Below, piece by piece: positions 12,002 to 24,332 of a stretch of DNA of 64,000 nucleotides. The DNA lies in NCBI RefSeq assembly GCF_033153115.1, contig NW_026889762.1, positions 3,472,001 through 3,536,000 on the forward strand. The letters run 5' to 3'. The notes under the pieces were generated by a model that worked only from the letters and a program-made list of their open reading frames with translations, had not been told where the DNA came from and did no database searches. The first letter of the stretch is position 1. Each line of letters begins with the position of its first letter. The translations under genes were made by a program, and so were the position numbers. This DNA comes from Saccostrea echinata. Its lineage: Eukaryota.

Positions 12002-14192
12002 ATGGATCCCGAAAACTATACGAGGAAAGGTGGTAAGTCACTTTCATATTTAATTTTTACAACTTGATTAGATAAACTACATGCAAAGAAGATTTTTCGT
12101 CAAAAATAAGTTATCCATGTATGGTCTAAATCAAACAAAGTTTTTTCGTTGTTGCACAAATACTTTCTCAGCTGTGAATTAAAGTTAAATTTTAAAAAAA
12201 ATGTTACCCGCTATAATTGTATTTTTTATTCATTAACATCCATTTCTTCGATGAATACATTAATTAACACGATATAATTCCTCGAATGTTTATCTTCACA
12301 CAAAATATATTTAGTTTCCTTTAATGGATCGCTAATTATTTTATTAACTGCCTTTTTATTTTCTTGTCGTGTTTAATCATCCATTCAGATATAAATGTAC
12401 AAGACTAATGATCGTGTGTCAACAAACCCACGTGGAATCCAATACGGCTAGCACATTTACATTTCACCAGTCTTAATTCATATCTAATCTACAGTAAATA
12501 ACCTTTTTAAACAAACTACTGGTGATGTTTGTCACATAATAATATTCCCGATAGAAACCATAGAGAATATCTCTGACAGATATTTTATAAACGGGAAGTC
12601 TGGCTAGGTACATAAAGTGACAAGGTCATTGTTAAATACCCTTAAATAAAGGATAAAATTGAAATACTGGAAATCCTGAAGTCAATTTCAATGCAGTACA
12701 AACGTGCCCCTCTTTTTCGAAATTTACATGTGATTAAGGTATATAATGCAACATAGGTAAGTTTGTGAAACTGTAGGACAGAAGTTCTCATAAAGGTGAG
12801 ATAAATATGTTCATGTCTGGTTTTTTAATCATAAGTAAAAATGTTTTCTTCTGATTTTCAAAAAATGAACAGAGCAAACAATCGTACATTCTGTTATCAT
12901 TCTTGCATTGTAAAGAAAATAATTATCGTACAGGACAGGCGCGGATCCAGGAACTTTTCAAGGACGTCCACCACAGCCCCCCCCCCCCCCCAAAAAAAAA
13001 AATTCAACCTAGAAATGTTGACAAGCACTCATAATAATAATTATACTAAAAAAAAAGGTACATGTAAACTCCTTTCCCAGACGTAAAAAAAAACAATTTT
13101 GTGTTGGGGGGGGGGGGTATCTCATCTCTATTAAAAAGGTATTCAAAACAGATATTCGAGGAACTTGTCGTCTGACCTTAAGCTTCATATGTATGACCTT
13201 ATTATTACCAACCTAACAGGGGTCTGCGTTTTAAAGGGGGTTCCAATGTCATTATTCAGCCACTCAACTATGTAAAATTAAGTAATTTCGTATCTTTTTT
13301 TTTTTCAATTTTCATTAATAAGTTTTAAACTGATGTTGTAGACTTTGTGGATGCATCATCTTACGATGAGGAAATGCAGAGACGAGCAAACAATCGTAAT
13401 GTCCGTCCTCTTGGTCAAGTAGCAAGGGAGAGTCGACTGGAGCGACAAATGGAAAAAGTTCTGTTTCGGAATCAAGTTAAACTTCTCAGTGATATGATTC
13501 AAGCCAGAAAAACGCGGGGGATTCCATATCACGAGGTAGACCCAAGGATTTCCAGCAGACTCTCGAATCATTCAGTCACAATAGAGGAGAAATATAGATA
13601 CGTAAATAATGCATTTCATGCTCGCTATTTCAACACCGTGTCACAAAGTGTGTTAAATGCTTCCGATAGAAGATTGGAGAATTACCCGCTTAGAGTTGTC
13701 CCTCCCTCATGTCATCGACAGATAGAAACCGGAAATAGAATGAAGTCGGCATATTGTGACGTATTTGGTCCGAAATTATGTACAGATTGCACTCGTGTGA
13801 GAAAAAGAATCAAAAGTGCCCAAGATCAGAGATACTATTTTCCTAATATCGCTGTTCATTCAAAAGCTCTCGTAGCTCCTGAAAGACTAGAGAAAATTCT
13901 GTTGTATCACGAAAGGGATTATTTTTCCAGCCCGCCGGGTGATACAACCATTTACGATCTGAGTAGTGTATGCAAAGGCCCGGATGGAGGCGGGCCTCAT
14001 GTGTTTCCAGAAAACGAAATTCTAGAAAGAGTAAGGAGTGGCAAAAAACTGGAAGCCCAAAAAATGATTGAAATGACTGAAAAGGATATTGCTCCGATAG
14101 CGCCACCTAGTAGTAGACGGAGTTCCCAAACACAAATGCCATCGTTTCCGCAAAATAATGAAATGCGTGTAACAGTTTCCTTTGCTGTGTGA
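12002..14192 (+). CDS. Uncharacterised protein, about 293 aa, two coding exons
   Basis: Exon 1 12002-12032 (MDPENYTRKG-G|gtaagt) joins in phase 1 to exon 2 13342-14192 (ttgtag|AC TTT GTG GAT…), a long stop-free frame that stands out in AT-rich DNA. No domain recognised; contains a Cys cluster with CxxC. Confidence 0.75.
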
Positions 14193-14359
14193 TATATAAT
14201 ACACTGTATAAAACTACAGGTGTCAAATTCAATGCAAACTGCACACAAAATGTTCATATAAAGGGTAATTTTCGCCATGTTTAAAGTATTTCATGACAAA
14301 TTTTAAATAGTAGTGACACATCAAAAGTTGCTAAATTATTGAATAGCACATCTCTTCAT

Positions 14360-14397
<38 letters not shown>

Positions 14398-15029
14398 ATT
14401 TATTTTGTTATTTTTATCTGAATGAATGTGGATGTCTAACTATATATTGTGATGTATATTTGATATACATGTATATTTGTCTGCTTACTTTGCAAAGCTG
14501 CAATTTTTAAGCAAAACAGAAAGACACATTGTTCTGTAAACTGTGCAAAATAATGTCATTTGAATAATTAAATTCAAAGATATTTTAATTATAGTACTTT
14601 CATTGAGGAAAAAATATAATAGATTCAAGATGAAATACAAGAATTGATCAACAGGTTAGTAAGTTTCAAAGCACTCTCATCCCTCTGATATCAAATATTA
14701 TTGATAATTCCCTCGGTGTCCACTTGAAAATTTAAAATAATGGAAATATGATGGATGTATAATTCAATATATCACGAACAGATACAAACATCACGTGATA
14801 GTTTCTCGTTGGTCAATTGGTTGATCGGTTTATTTGTAGTTTTACGTCCCTTTGATCTCACTCCAATTGGGGGCATCTTGCATGGTTTATTTTTACATTA
14901 AATGAAACTGTTATTTATAAAATGAATTCTGTAGCAAAAGTTTAATTTTGAATGAATTGTATACATTGAAATATATTTTAAATACACGTATTTCATTCTA
15001 TGGGGTTCAATGTAAAACTTCTATTCCTT

Positions 15030-16390
15030 GTTGTCGGCGATAATATGTACCTACTCTCACTGCAGATATTGTCGTCCATCGGTACATATTGTCGCCGGCT
15101 GAAAAGAAACACATGTACTGTTGAACTTCGGTATCTCGAACACCGATATCTCGAATACCATGGATATGTCGAAGTGATTTTGAAGTCCCAAGTGCTTATT
15201 TCTTAAGTATTTTACCCTGGATATCTCGAATCCGGCGACAATGTGTACCTACATGTACCCTCACTGCGCATATTGTCGTCCATCAGAACATGTCGCATTA
15301 CAATGCACGACAATGCTCCATATAAATATGGCCAGAAAAACCATAAACTTTAAAAATGGTCACATACACTTAATTTTATCGTCGAAATATAGTTGAAATA
15401 TTGCCAACTCGGCGTTAAACAACAATAATCAATTAATCAATCCATATAAATATGACTGATCATTCCTTTGTTTTGCTTTGTTGCTTTGCTTTGCTCTGTT
15501 TTTGAGAAGATAATTTTAAAGAAATTTCCCATATATTCCTATGTAAAACTTTGATCGCCTATTGTGGCCCCACCCTAGGCCCGGTTTGATTTGAAGATAT
15601 TTGAATCTGCGCTACCTGAGGGTTCTTCTATATAATATATACTGCTGTTCTCAGTGGTGGATCCAGAAATTTCAGACAAGAAAGGGGGGGGGGTCACGGG
15701 CGGTTCAGATTTTTTTTTTTTTTTTTTTTTACAAGCAAAAAAATTTAAAAAGTCATTTGCATGTAAAGATGTCTTATTGTATATGTTAAGTAAATTATTT
15801 AATTATGAAATAATACATGTGGACTAAATTGAGAGTATATACAAGTTAAACAAACAGGATTTACCAAAGCAGAAAAAAAAAATCAAACCAAGGGGAAGGG
15901 GGGGGGGGTTGAGCTGGCGCTACATCTGTCTGATTTTTGAGAAAATTTTAAAGATTTTCTGTATATATTCCTATGTAACACTTTGATCACCCATTGTGAC
16001 CCCACACTATCCCTGGGGTCATGATTTGAACAAAATTTATTTTGTTTTTGTTTGATTGTTGTTATAATGTCGATCACGAGAATTTTTTATTCCTATGTAG
16101 ACGTCAACACTTGCCGGTGGAGGGCTGCAAATTTAGACATATACTTGGCACTCAGGGTCATTGAGCAGTGAGGAATTTTTTTCGTGCCAGCACCGCAAAA
16201 TTGATCGCCGACGTCAATATGTGCTGGTGCTTGACTGTACATTCTGTCGTCCATTATGCAGGAGGAAAATAAGGCTTGTCTCGGTTCATATTGTCACCGG
16301 CCACAATATATACCGATGGACGACAATACGTGCAGTGAGGGTAGGTACATATGCATACTGTCGCCGACGACAATATGTACAAATATTTAC
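15030..16390. mobile_element. Nested transposon-fragment cluster
   Basis: Inverted copies of a repeat rich in gacaatatgtac/gtacatattgtc (about 15030-15300 and 16200-16385) enclose a pogo-MITE fragment (15116-15233), a SINE tail (15375-15442), HINE repeat fragments, a CAGTGGTGGATCCAG MITE end and a V-SINE fragment (about 16043-16195, -). Confidence 0.6.
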
Positions 16391-16440
16391 ATTTGCTGTG
16401 TTTTTCTACTAAGCCAACTGTGAAATTGATTTGAAAATCA

Positions 16441-16568
16441 TTTTGTGTATACTCACGCGTCACACAGACTTGCCCGTAGGCATATTTTTCTTGAAGCGCT
16501 AGCGCGCTTCATGAAATATGCCTACGTGACAAGTCTGTGTGATTTACACACCAATAACTCACACAAAA
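16441..16568. repeat. Foldback palindrome
   Basis: tcacacagacttg…cgtaggcatattt…tgaagcgc tagc gcgcttca…aaatatgcctacg…caagtctgtgtga, with outer arms ttttgtgt/acacaaaa. Confidence 0.85.
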
Positions 16569-18719
16569 CTTAAAAACATTCCTTAAAACGACAATACGTA
16601 ACGTCACAACACTACATGAATATTAAAATGTTTTTGATGTGAATGAGCATGGAAATAATCGTAAAGCAATTGGCAACACTATAAGTTGTAACTACCCAGG
16701 TATATTTATATATCAAAAGACAAAATTTACGAGTAAAATGTGCATATTCGCCACTGAGAGCAACCCCAAGTACAAACTGTATATATTTTTTATAAACTTG
16801 CTAAAGAGGAAATGTCATTTAATGAACACGATGAATATGGAATTGTTTGATATATGACATCAAAGCGGTTCTTTCTAAATCTTCACATTTACTAAAGCTT
16901 TTAAAAAAAATTATGCTTTGATCATTTTTTCTGCATAGTCTTTTGTATTAAATAATTGACCTAAACAAAAGGTGCAAAAAGCTTATTTTTAAAAGTTAAA
17001 TTTAAATAAGGGTCGGGATAGAATGCATAGTAATGAATTAGTTCACAACATGTAGCACCCCGGCTACAATTCAATAGCGAAATGAAAAGTGCGGAAAAAA
17101 AAATTCATGACAAATGAATTAAAGATATTGAATTGAAATAAATCATATATAATATAATAAATTTATTTATAAATAGCTTATGAACATGAGGGAAAAAATG
17201 TACGAAATAAAACAATTCAGACATAATATTCAGCCATTTAGGACCTTTTATTCATAACTTTAATTTATATCTATGTAATCAATAAGGAATTATTTTATCG
17301 AACCAATAAAAAAATAACGTCTTATTTCTCCATGTGCACTTTCTAACACAACCACAAATAGTTTGGCCGCTCCCGCGGCCGATAAAAAAAACCCCAGTCA
17401 AATAGAATCGCAGCTAATTTTGAATTTGAAATACAAATTATACTCTGCTACATACTCGAGAGCATGGAATGAATGAATTCATCAGAATACTTCAGCAGTC
17501 AGTGTTGCACTACAATTAATGAGATGAATATCTGCGACATTCATCGTTTTAAAAGAATTTGTCGATATGTAGCTTTTTCTTACTTTTCTTTTCTTTTTCT
17601 TTTTTCTTTTTTCTTTTTTTTTTCTTTTTGGCAAATGTATTGCTATATGTATTGTTTGAATCGCTGTATTTCATTTCCGGAATTTTGCAAAGCATTTCCG
17701 ACATTTTTTAATTTCATTTCTGACAATGATATTTTCATTTCCGACATTTATTTTTTTCATTTCCGGAATTTTTGCAGGGTACCTTTCTGGCAAGTTAATG
17801 TTAACCAAGTAAGTGGAAATGGAATTCTAAAAGTCTTTATTTCAAACCACATTTTCAAAATACATTTTTTTTTTCACAATACATTTTTAATTTCCACCCT
17901 AACATATTTGATTTCAAACTTGAATTGAACATTTGAAAAGGAGATGAGCGAAAGTTCACAACACTTACAAGTGCCTCAGGGAAGGAAAGGAAAAAAAAAC
18001 CCTTTTATTTTCGCTTCATTGATAGCTAGTCAAACACTTTATTTGGATTTCAAAGATTTATTCATAATTTATTCTTTAAAATTTTTATAATTGAAGTCTT
18101 CAATCTTGCTTTCATTGCCAAAAAATACTACCTGACAAATGTCGGAAATGAAAACTATAAAAGGTTGGCAATGAAATTAAATAATTTCAAAATAAATTTG
18201 GTCGGAAAGTCTGTGATCTATCAATATAAAAAAAAGTATAACTGAGAAAAATCGGAGTAGAAACAAGAAAGCAAAACAAGTAACCCGATGTTGTCTGTCC
18301 GTGTTCAGTGATGTGCAAGTTTCAGCGGATGGAATACATCCGGTGAAAAGTTGATATATAATTTAAAACAGAACTCAAGCCCATGTTAACAGATACGGAT
18401 ATTTTATGTTGAATACCGTTGAGAATTTCCATTTTTATTCAATCATTGAACTTCGGTTTATTTTTGAAATAAATAGGGAAGTTTAAAACCGAAAACAAAG
18501 AGCCAACTGAACAGTGATATCCTGATTACTTCAACACAGCGGAATTCTTTTGCGATGGAGGTAGGAATGTCCCTTATTTGGGGACAAGGTGCAGCTGAAT
18601 ATACTGCGACATATTTTTTAAGGTCACAAGAGAAAGAAGTGCTGATGAAGTATTTTGCGTAATATTCGGTGAACCACACTAACAAAACTTTATGTTGTTG
18701 TCGTTTTTTATATTATTAG

Positions 18720-19320
18720 TGATACTTCTTTCATATATTGATATTTTACTAGAAAACGACGTTAATGGTAATCTAACAACAAAGCTTTATAATAAACGTG
18801 ATGACTTAAATGTTTTAATCGTCAACCTCCTTTACTTATGCAGCAATATACCTTCATCACCTGCATACGGGGTATATCTCTCTCAGTTGATTCGATACGC
18901 AAGAGCATGAGCATCTACTTATGAACAATTTCTAAAACGAGGTATATTATTAACAAACAAGTAGATGAAACAAGAATTTCAGCAGTCTCGTTTAAAGTCG
19001 TCATTTCGTAACTTCTATGTCGATACAATGACCTTGTCAGCAAATACAATCTATCACTGAGTCAAATGCTGACTGATATTTTTCATTCTAATTGTTAGGT
19101 CATTATTTATACATACTGAATTGTCTACGGATTTTCCATATTTTCCCGAACATGACAAGAAGCAAACGGCGGGTTTGACCGGGCGGTAGAGGATGCTCAC
19201 TCCTCCATGGCACCTGATCCCACCTCTGCTGTTTTAGAGGTCTGTGTTTGCTGTGCTCCAAAATTTATATTATTTAATGGACTTCTGAGCTTGAATACTG
19301 TTCGTTATCTCTATATATTT
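18720..19320 (+). mobile_element. Penelope-like retroelement 3' fragment
   Basis: SYIDILL…TTKLYNKRDD…SNIPSSPAYGVYLSQLIRYARA, continuing out of frame to …LSLSQMLTDIFHSNC*. The 3' UTR motif gaggatgctcactcctccatggcacctgatcccacctct is shared with 3882-4412. Confidence 0.8.
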
Positions 19321-19880
19321 CATTGATAATAAGTATCGTGGCTAAGTCATTTTAATCTGAAATTTAGAAAATAAGGATTAGCACTTGAATTTTCTATTTA
19401 CTTGTATAATTGTAATGCCATTGGGAAAGTAAAAAAAAAAAAAGTATAGAGGCGAGCGCTGGCTATAACTGCAAACCTTGAAAGGAACGCCAGAGCGAAC
19501 ATAAATCTCATCAGAAAGACGGCTCTCCACGTCCCGCAGTGGGATTCAAACTCGCGACGAAATCTAACAAGGATTGAAAATAATTTTATTTAAGAATTCA
19601 TGTCAGTTTAAGCTCACCATCTGTTGTCCAGGCCAAGATATGAGAGTTTGGAGATGTTCATGAATTTTAAATACGCTTTTTAATTGAATCAAAAGAAAAT
19701 GACCTGGGTTGTAAGTCTTCATTATGCCGGCATAAGTTTTGTGCACGCAGGATCATAAGAAGCAATTTCAGTTGGGTGGGAGGCTGACATAGTCCTAAGA
19801 AAAGAAAAAAAAGGACATCTGAAGTTTCTTTAAGGGAGTATGTCCGGTAGCTCAGATTTCTAATGCACAGTTTTTACTGT

Positions 19881-19920
<40 letters not shown>

Positions 19921-20049
19921 GAGGGGACACCCTCATCATCTGTAATAAAGTATATATTGGCAAAAGTATTGGGAAGAAGTCCCCCGGGTCTTACAGGCCT
20001 GGCATTATGTGTTCTCTTCTGCAAAGATGTCAAGGAAGAGAACAACACT

Positions 20050-22735
20050 GCTTAAAACTGACAATACTTAAAACTGGACAATACTTAAAACTGGATAAAA
20101 CCTAAAACTGGACAATGTTTAAAATTGGACAATACGTAAACCTTGACAATACTTGAAACTGGACAATACTTAAAACTGGACAATACTAAAAACTGGACAA
20201 TACTTAAAACTGGTCAATACTTAAAACTGGACAATACTAAAAACTGGACAGTGCTTAAAACTGACAATACTTAAATCTGGACAAAACTTAAACCTGGTCA
20301 ATACTTAAACTGGACAATACTTAAAACTGGACAGTGCTTAAATCTGACAATACTTAAAACTGGACAATACTTCAAACTGGAAAATACTTAAAACTGAACA
20401 ATACTTAAACCTGGACAATACTTAAAACTGGACAATTCTTAAAACTGGACAATGCTTAAAACTGGACAATACTTCAAACTGGACAATACTTCAAACTGGA
20501 CAATACTTCAAACTGGACAATACTTCAAACTGGACAATGCTTAAAACTGGTCAATACTTAAAACTGGACAATACTAAAAACTGGACAGTGCTTAAAACTG
20601 ACAATACTTAAATCTGGACAAAACTTAAACCTGGTCAATACTTAAACCTCGATAATACTTAAAGCTGACAATACTTCAAACTGGACAATGCTTAAAACTG
20701 GACAATACTTAAAACTGGACAGTACTTAAAACTGGACAATACTTCAAACTGGACAATGCTTAAAACTGGACAATACTTAAAACTGACAATACTTTAAACT
20801 GACAATACTTTAAACTGACAATACTTAAAACTGACAATACTTAAAACTGGAAAAAGCTTAAAACTGGCAATACTTAAACCTGGATAATACTTAAAACTGG
20901 ACAATACTTAAAACTGGACAATGCTTAAAACTGGACAAAGCTTAAAACTGACAATACTTAAAACTGGAGAATACTTAAAACTGACAATACTTAAAACTGG
21001 AGAATACTTAAAACTGACAAAACTTCAAACTGATAATACTTCAAACTGGACAATACTTCAAACTGGACAATACTTAAAACTGCACAGTACTTAAACCTGG
21101 ACAATACTTCAAACTGGACAATATTACAAACTGGACAATACTTCAAACTGGACAATGCTTTAAACTGGACAATACTTAAAACTGACAATACTTTAAACTG
21201 ACAATAGTTTAAACTGACAATACTTAAAACTAGAAAAAGCTTAAAACTGGATAATACTTAAAGCTGACAATACTTAAAACTGACAATACTTAAAACTGGA
21301 CAATACTTAAAACTGGACAATTCTAAAAACTGGACAATGCTTAAAACTGGACAATACTTAAAACTGGACAATGCTTAAAACTGGACAATACTTAAAACTG
21401 ACAATACTTAAAACTGGACAATACATAAACCTGGACAATACTAAAAACTGACAATACTTAAAACTGACAATACTTAAAACTGAAAATACTTAAAACTGAC
21501 AATACTAAAAACTGACAATACTTAAAACTGGACAATACTTAAAACTGGACAAAGCTTAAAACTGACAATACTTAAAACTGGAGAATACTTAAAACTGACA
21601 ATACTTAAAACTGACAATACTTGAAACTGGAGAATTCTTTAAACTGACAATACTTCAAACTGATAATACTTCAAACTGGACAATGCTTAAAACTGGACAA
21701 TCATAAAAAATTGAACAATACTTAAAACTGGACAATGCTTAAAACTGGACAATACTTAAAACTGACAATACTTAAAACTGACAATACTTAAAACTGGACA
21801 AAGCTTAAAACTGACAATACTTAAACCTGGATAATACTTAAAACTGGACAATACTTAAAACTGGACAATACTTAAAACTGGACAAAGCTTAAATCTGGAC
21901 AATACTTAAAACTGGACAATACTTAAAACTGGACAATGCGTAAAACTGGACAATACTTAAAACTGACAATACTTTAAACTGACAATACTTAAAACTGGAC
22001 AAAGCTTAAAACTGACAATACTTAAACCTGGATAATACTTAAAACTGGACAATACTTAAAACTGGACAATACTTAAAACTGGACAAAGCTTAAAACTGGA
22101 CAAAGCTTAAAACTGGACAATGCTTAAAACTGGACAATACTTAAAACTGACAATAATTAAAACTGGACAATACATAAACCTTGACAATACTTAAAACTGG
22201 ACAATACTTAAAACTGGACAAAGCTTAAAACTGAAAATACTTAAACCTGGATAATGCTTAAAACTGACAATACTTAAAAATGGAGAATACTTAAAACTGA
22301 CAATACTTAAAACTGATAATACTTCAAACTGGACAATACTTCAAACTGGACAATGCTTAAAACTGGACAATAATTTAAACTGGACAAAGCTTAAAAACGG
22401 ACAATAATTCAAACTGGACAATACTTAAATCTGGACAATACTTCAAACTGGACAATGCTTAAAACTGGACAATACTTAAAACTGACAATGCTTAAAATTG
22501 GACAATACTTCAAACTGGACAATATTTAAACCTGGACAATACTTAAAACTGGACAATGCTTTAACTAGACAATACTTGAAACTGGACAATGCTTAAAACT
22601 GGACAATACTTCAAACTGGACAATACATAAACCTGCACAATACTTAAAACTGGACAATACTTTAAACTGGACAATACTTAAAACTAGACAATACTTAAAA
22701 CTGGATAGTACTTAAAACTGAACAATGCATAAAAA
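20050..22735. repeat. Minisatellite, 17-bp unit TTAAAACTGGACAATAC with 16-bp variants, about 2.7 kb
   Basis: Uninterrupted tandem array with point variants (ttca/ttaa, aatgc/aatac, ctgac/ctggac) and no unique spacers. Confidence 0.97.
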
Positions 22736-22803
22736 CCTGAGCTTGAGCAAAATAGTTCTTAAGTGAGGTTGTTGTGATAATTGAATATATAATCTCATTT
22801 AAA

Positions 22804-23090
22804 CGCAGCTCTGTTAAGGCTGCATAAAGGGGGCGGGGCCTAATTTATACGGGAAAAGTTTACTGTGACGTCACACAAATATAGCAATTCCTCACAATAA
22901 CAGAAAATGGAATAATTTGCGAATCTAAACTGCATAAGAGCAATGAACTACATCAAAACGTACCACTGCATTCATTTTTTTGTCGGTAGTTAAATCCCAT
23001 ACAGCAAGATATAAACAAGTCACTGATCGCAATGCACTTGTCGACATGACGTCATCATGGTAAAGTTTGACGCATTTTATGTGCAGTGAG
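22804..23090 (+). repeat. Dispersed repeat (probable DNA-transposon fragment), copy 1
   Basis: Reverse-complement homology to 28175-28453 (gtcggtagt…caagatataaa…tgatcgcaatgca.ttgtcga.atgacgtca). Confidence 0.7.
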
Positions 23091-24003
23091 AGGCGGATCA
23101 ATTAATTTTTTCACAGTGAAAAATGCATTTTATTATTAAACAGAATATTATTTGAAAATCTTAGGTAGACCATTAATACAGATCTGAAACGTTTGTTTAG
23201 TGCCATTATTTAAAAACATCGAGAAAATGTATTGAATTAATTCTACCGTGTTTTTGTCTACAGGGTGTGCATGTTTCACGCCGAGGTGCTTCATTAAATA
23301 GCCTTTTCGCAAGGGCATACACTTAATAGATCTTGACCAATTTTTTGAATACACATAATGTACATATTTCTTAACTTGAAAAGTGCTGCTGCTTTCCTGA
23401 AATCGATAGCATAACTTAACAAATACATAAAATACTTGGTAAAGGTCACACATATTTCGACATTAGCAAGATAACTTGAAATTTAAACTAATAAAATGCG
23501 AATTCTATTTAAAGCAGCAGCACTTTCCATAAACTTCAAGTTATGTAGAAACAATCTATTACTTTAATTTTTAATCTTAACTAGGGTATGCCCTTGCGAT
23601 ATTGAAATTTGTTTGTGACCTACATACAGTACACATTACATGCATTTATCACGTGACTATCAAATAACGTGACCAAACCAAATTCAGTACAGAGCGGGGT
23701 ATACAATGTTATTTCAAAGAATTTTAAAGTCATAAGATAATATAGTACCTTTACAAAATTAAAATTCATTTTAAAAAGGTATGTATTTATACACGTTTAT
23801 ATTTTGTTGATTTCTTCGAAGTACGCCTTAACAGTGCTGCGAAGGTCAATGCTATAAACAAAAAAAAATTCCTTGATGAAATATTTATATCCAGGCCGTG
23901 CTTCTATCATTAATTATTACAGTTTTTTTCTGAATTAGACTATAATCATGAATTATAACGAAATATTTACATGTTTGAAGAAAAAAGAAATCTTTTTATT
24001 ATG

Positions 24004-24067
24004 AAGGAATTCTGGGCTGTATAGAAAATATGTATTATACTATTTTCTTTACAGCCCAGAATTTCTT
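24004..24067. repeat. 64-bp near-perfect hairpin upstream of the GPCR
   Basis: aaggaattctgggctgtatagaaaata … tattttctttacagcccagaatttctt. Confidence 0.85.
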
Positions 24068-24235
24068 TACTATTTCTGTAAGAAACGCATGCCTATGGTG
24101 CACATATTGCAGTTCTTTTTGAAGGACAGCAACTTATTTGTATAAATGAAATAATAGTTAAACGAAACATCCAGCATCAAATAAGAAAGATTTACAATGA
24201 TAAAACAGGTGCAATGAAGTCGAAAAATGATACAG

Positions 24236-24248
24236 TATATATAAAAGG
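24236..24248 (+). promoter_or_regulatory. Candidate TATA box of the GPCR gene
   Basis: TATATATAAAAGG about 90 bp upstream of the ATG at 24333. Based on position only. Confidence 0.4.
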
Positions 24249-24332
24249 CAGAATCTATAGTCAATATTTACACTAAGCTCAGAGCGAGAGATATCGGGAG
24301 TTGTTATCACACTTTGCAGCTCAAAGTAAGTT

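Noticed and set aside
13356-14278. Antisense ORFs over the 13-14 kb exon
   Set aside because: Shadow frames of the long plus-strand coding exon. The same applies to antisense ORFs over the GPCR, ApeC and channel exons.
17473-17928. 151-aa Phe-rich ORF
   Set aside because: T-rich low-complexity sequence and subterminal-type repeats (atttccg.aattt), with no plausible domain or splice context.
18896-18920. Selenocysteine UGA at the conserved Cys of YARAC in the Penelope-like RT
   Set aside because: The sister copy (around 4255-4270, minus strand) has TGC. Here the TGA arises in a local gagcat duplication, and the copy has other stops and frameshifts.
20050-22735. CRISPR-like array or repetitive protein gene
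   Set aside because: Units are contiguous with no unique spacers and no cas genes nearby. The 16/17-bp period breaks every reading frame.
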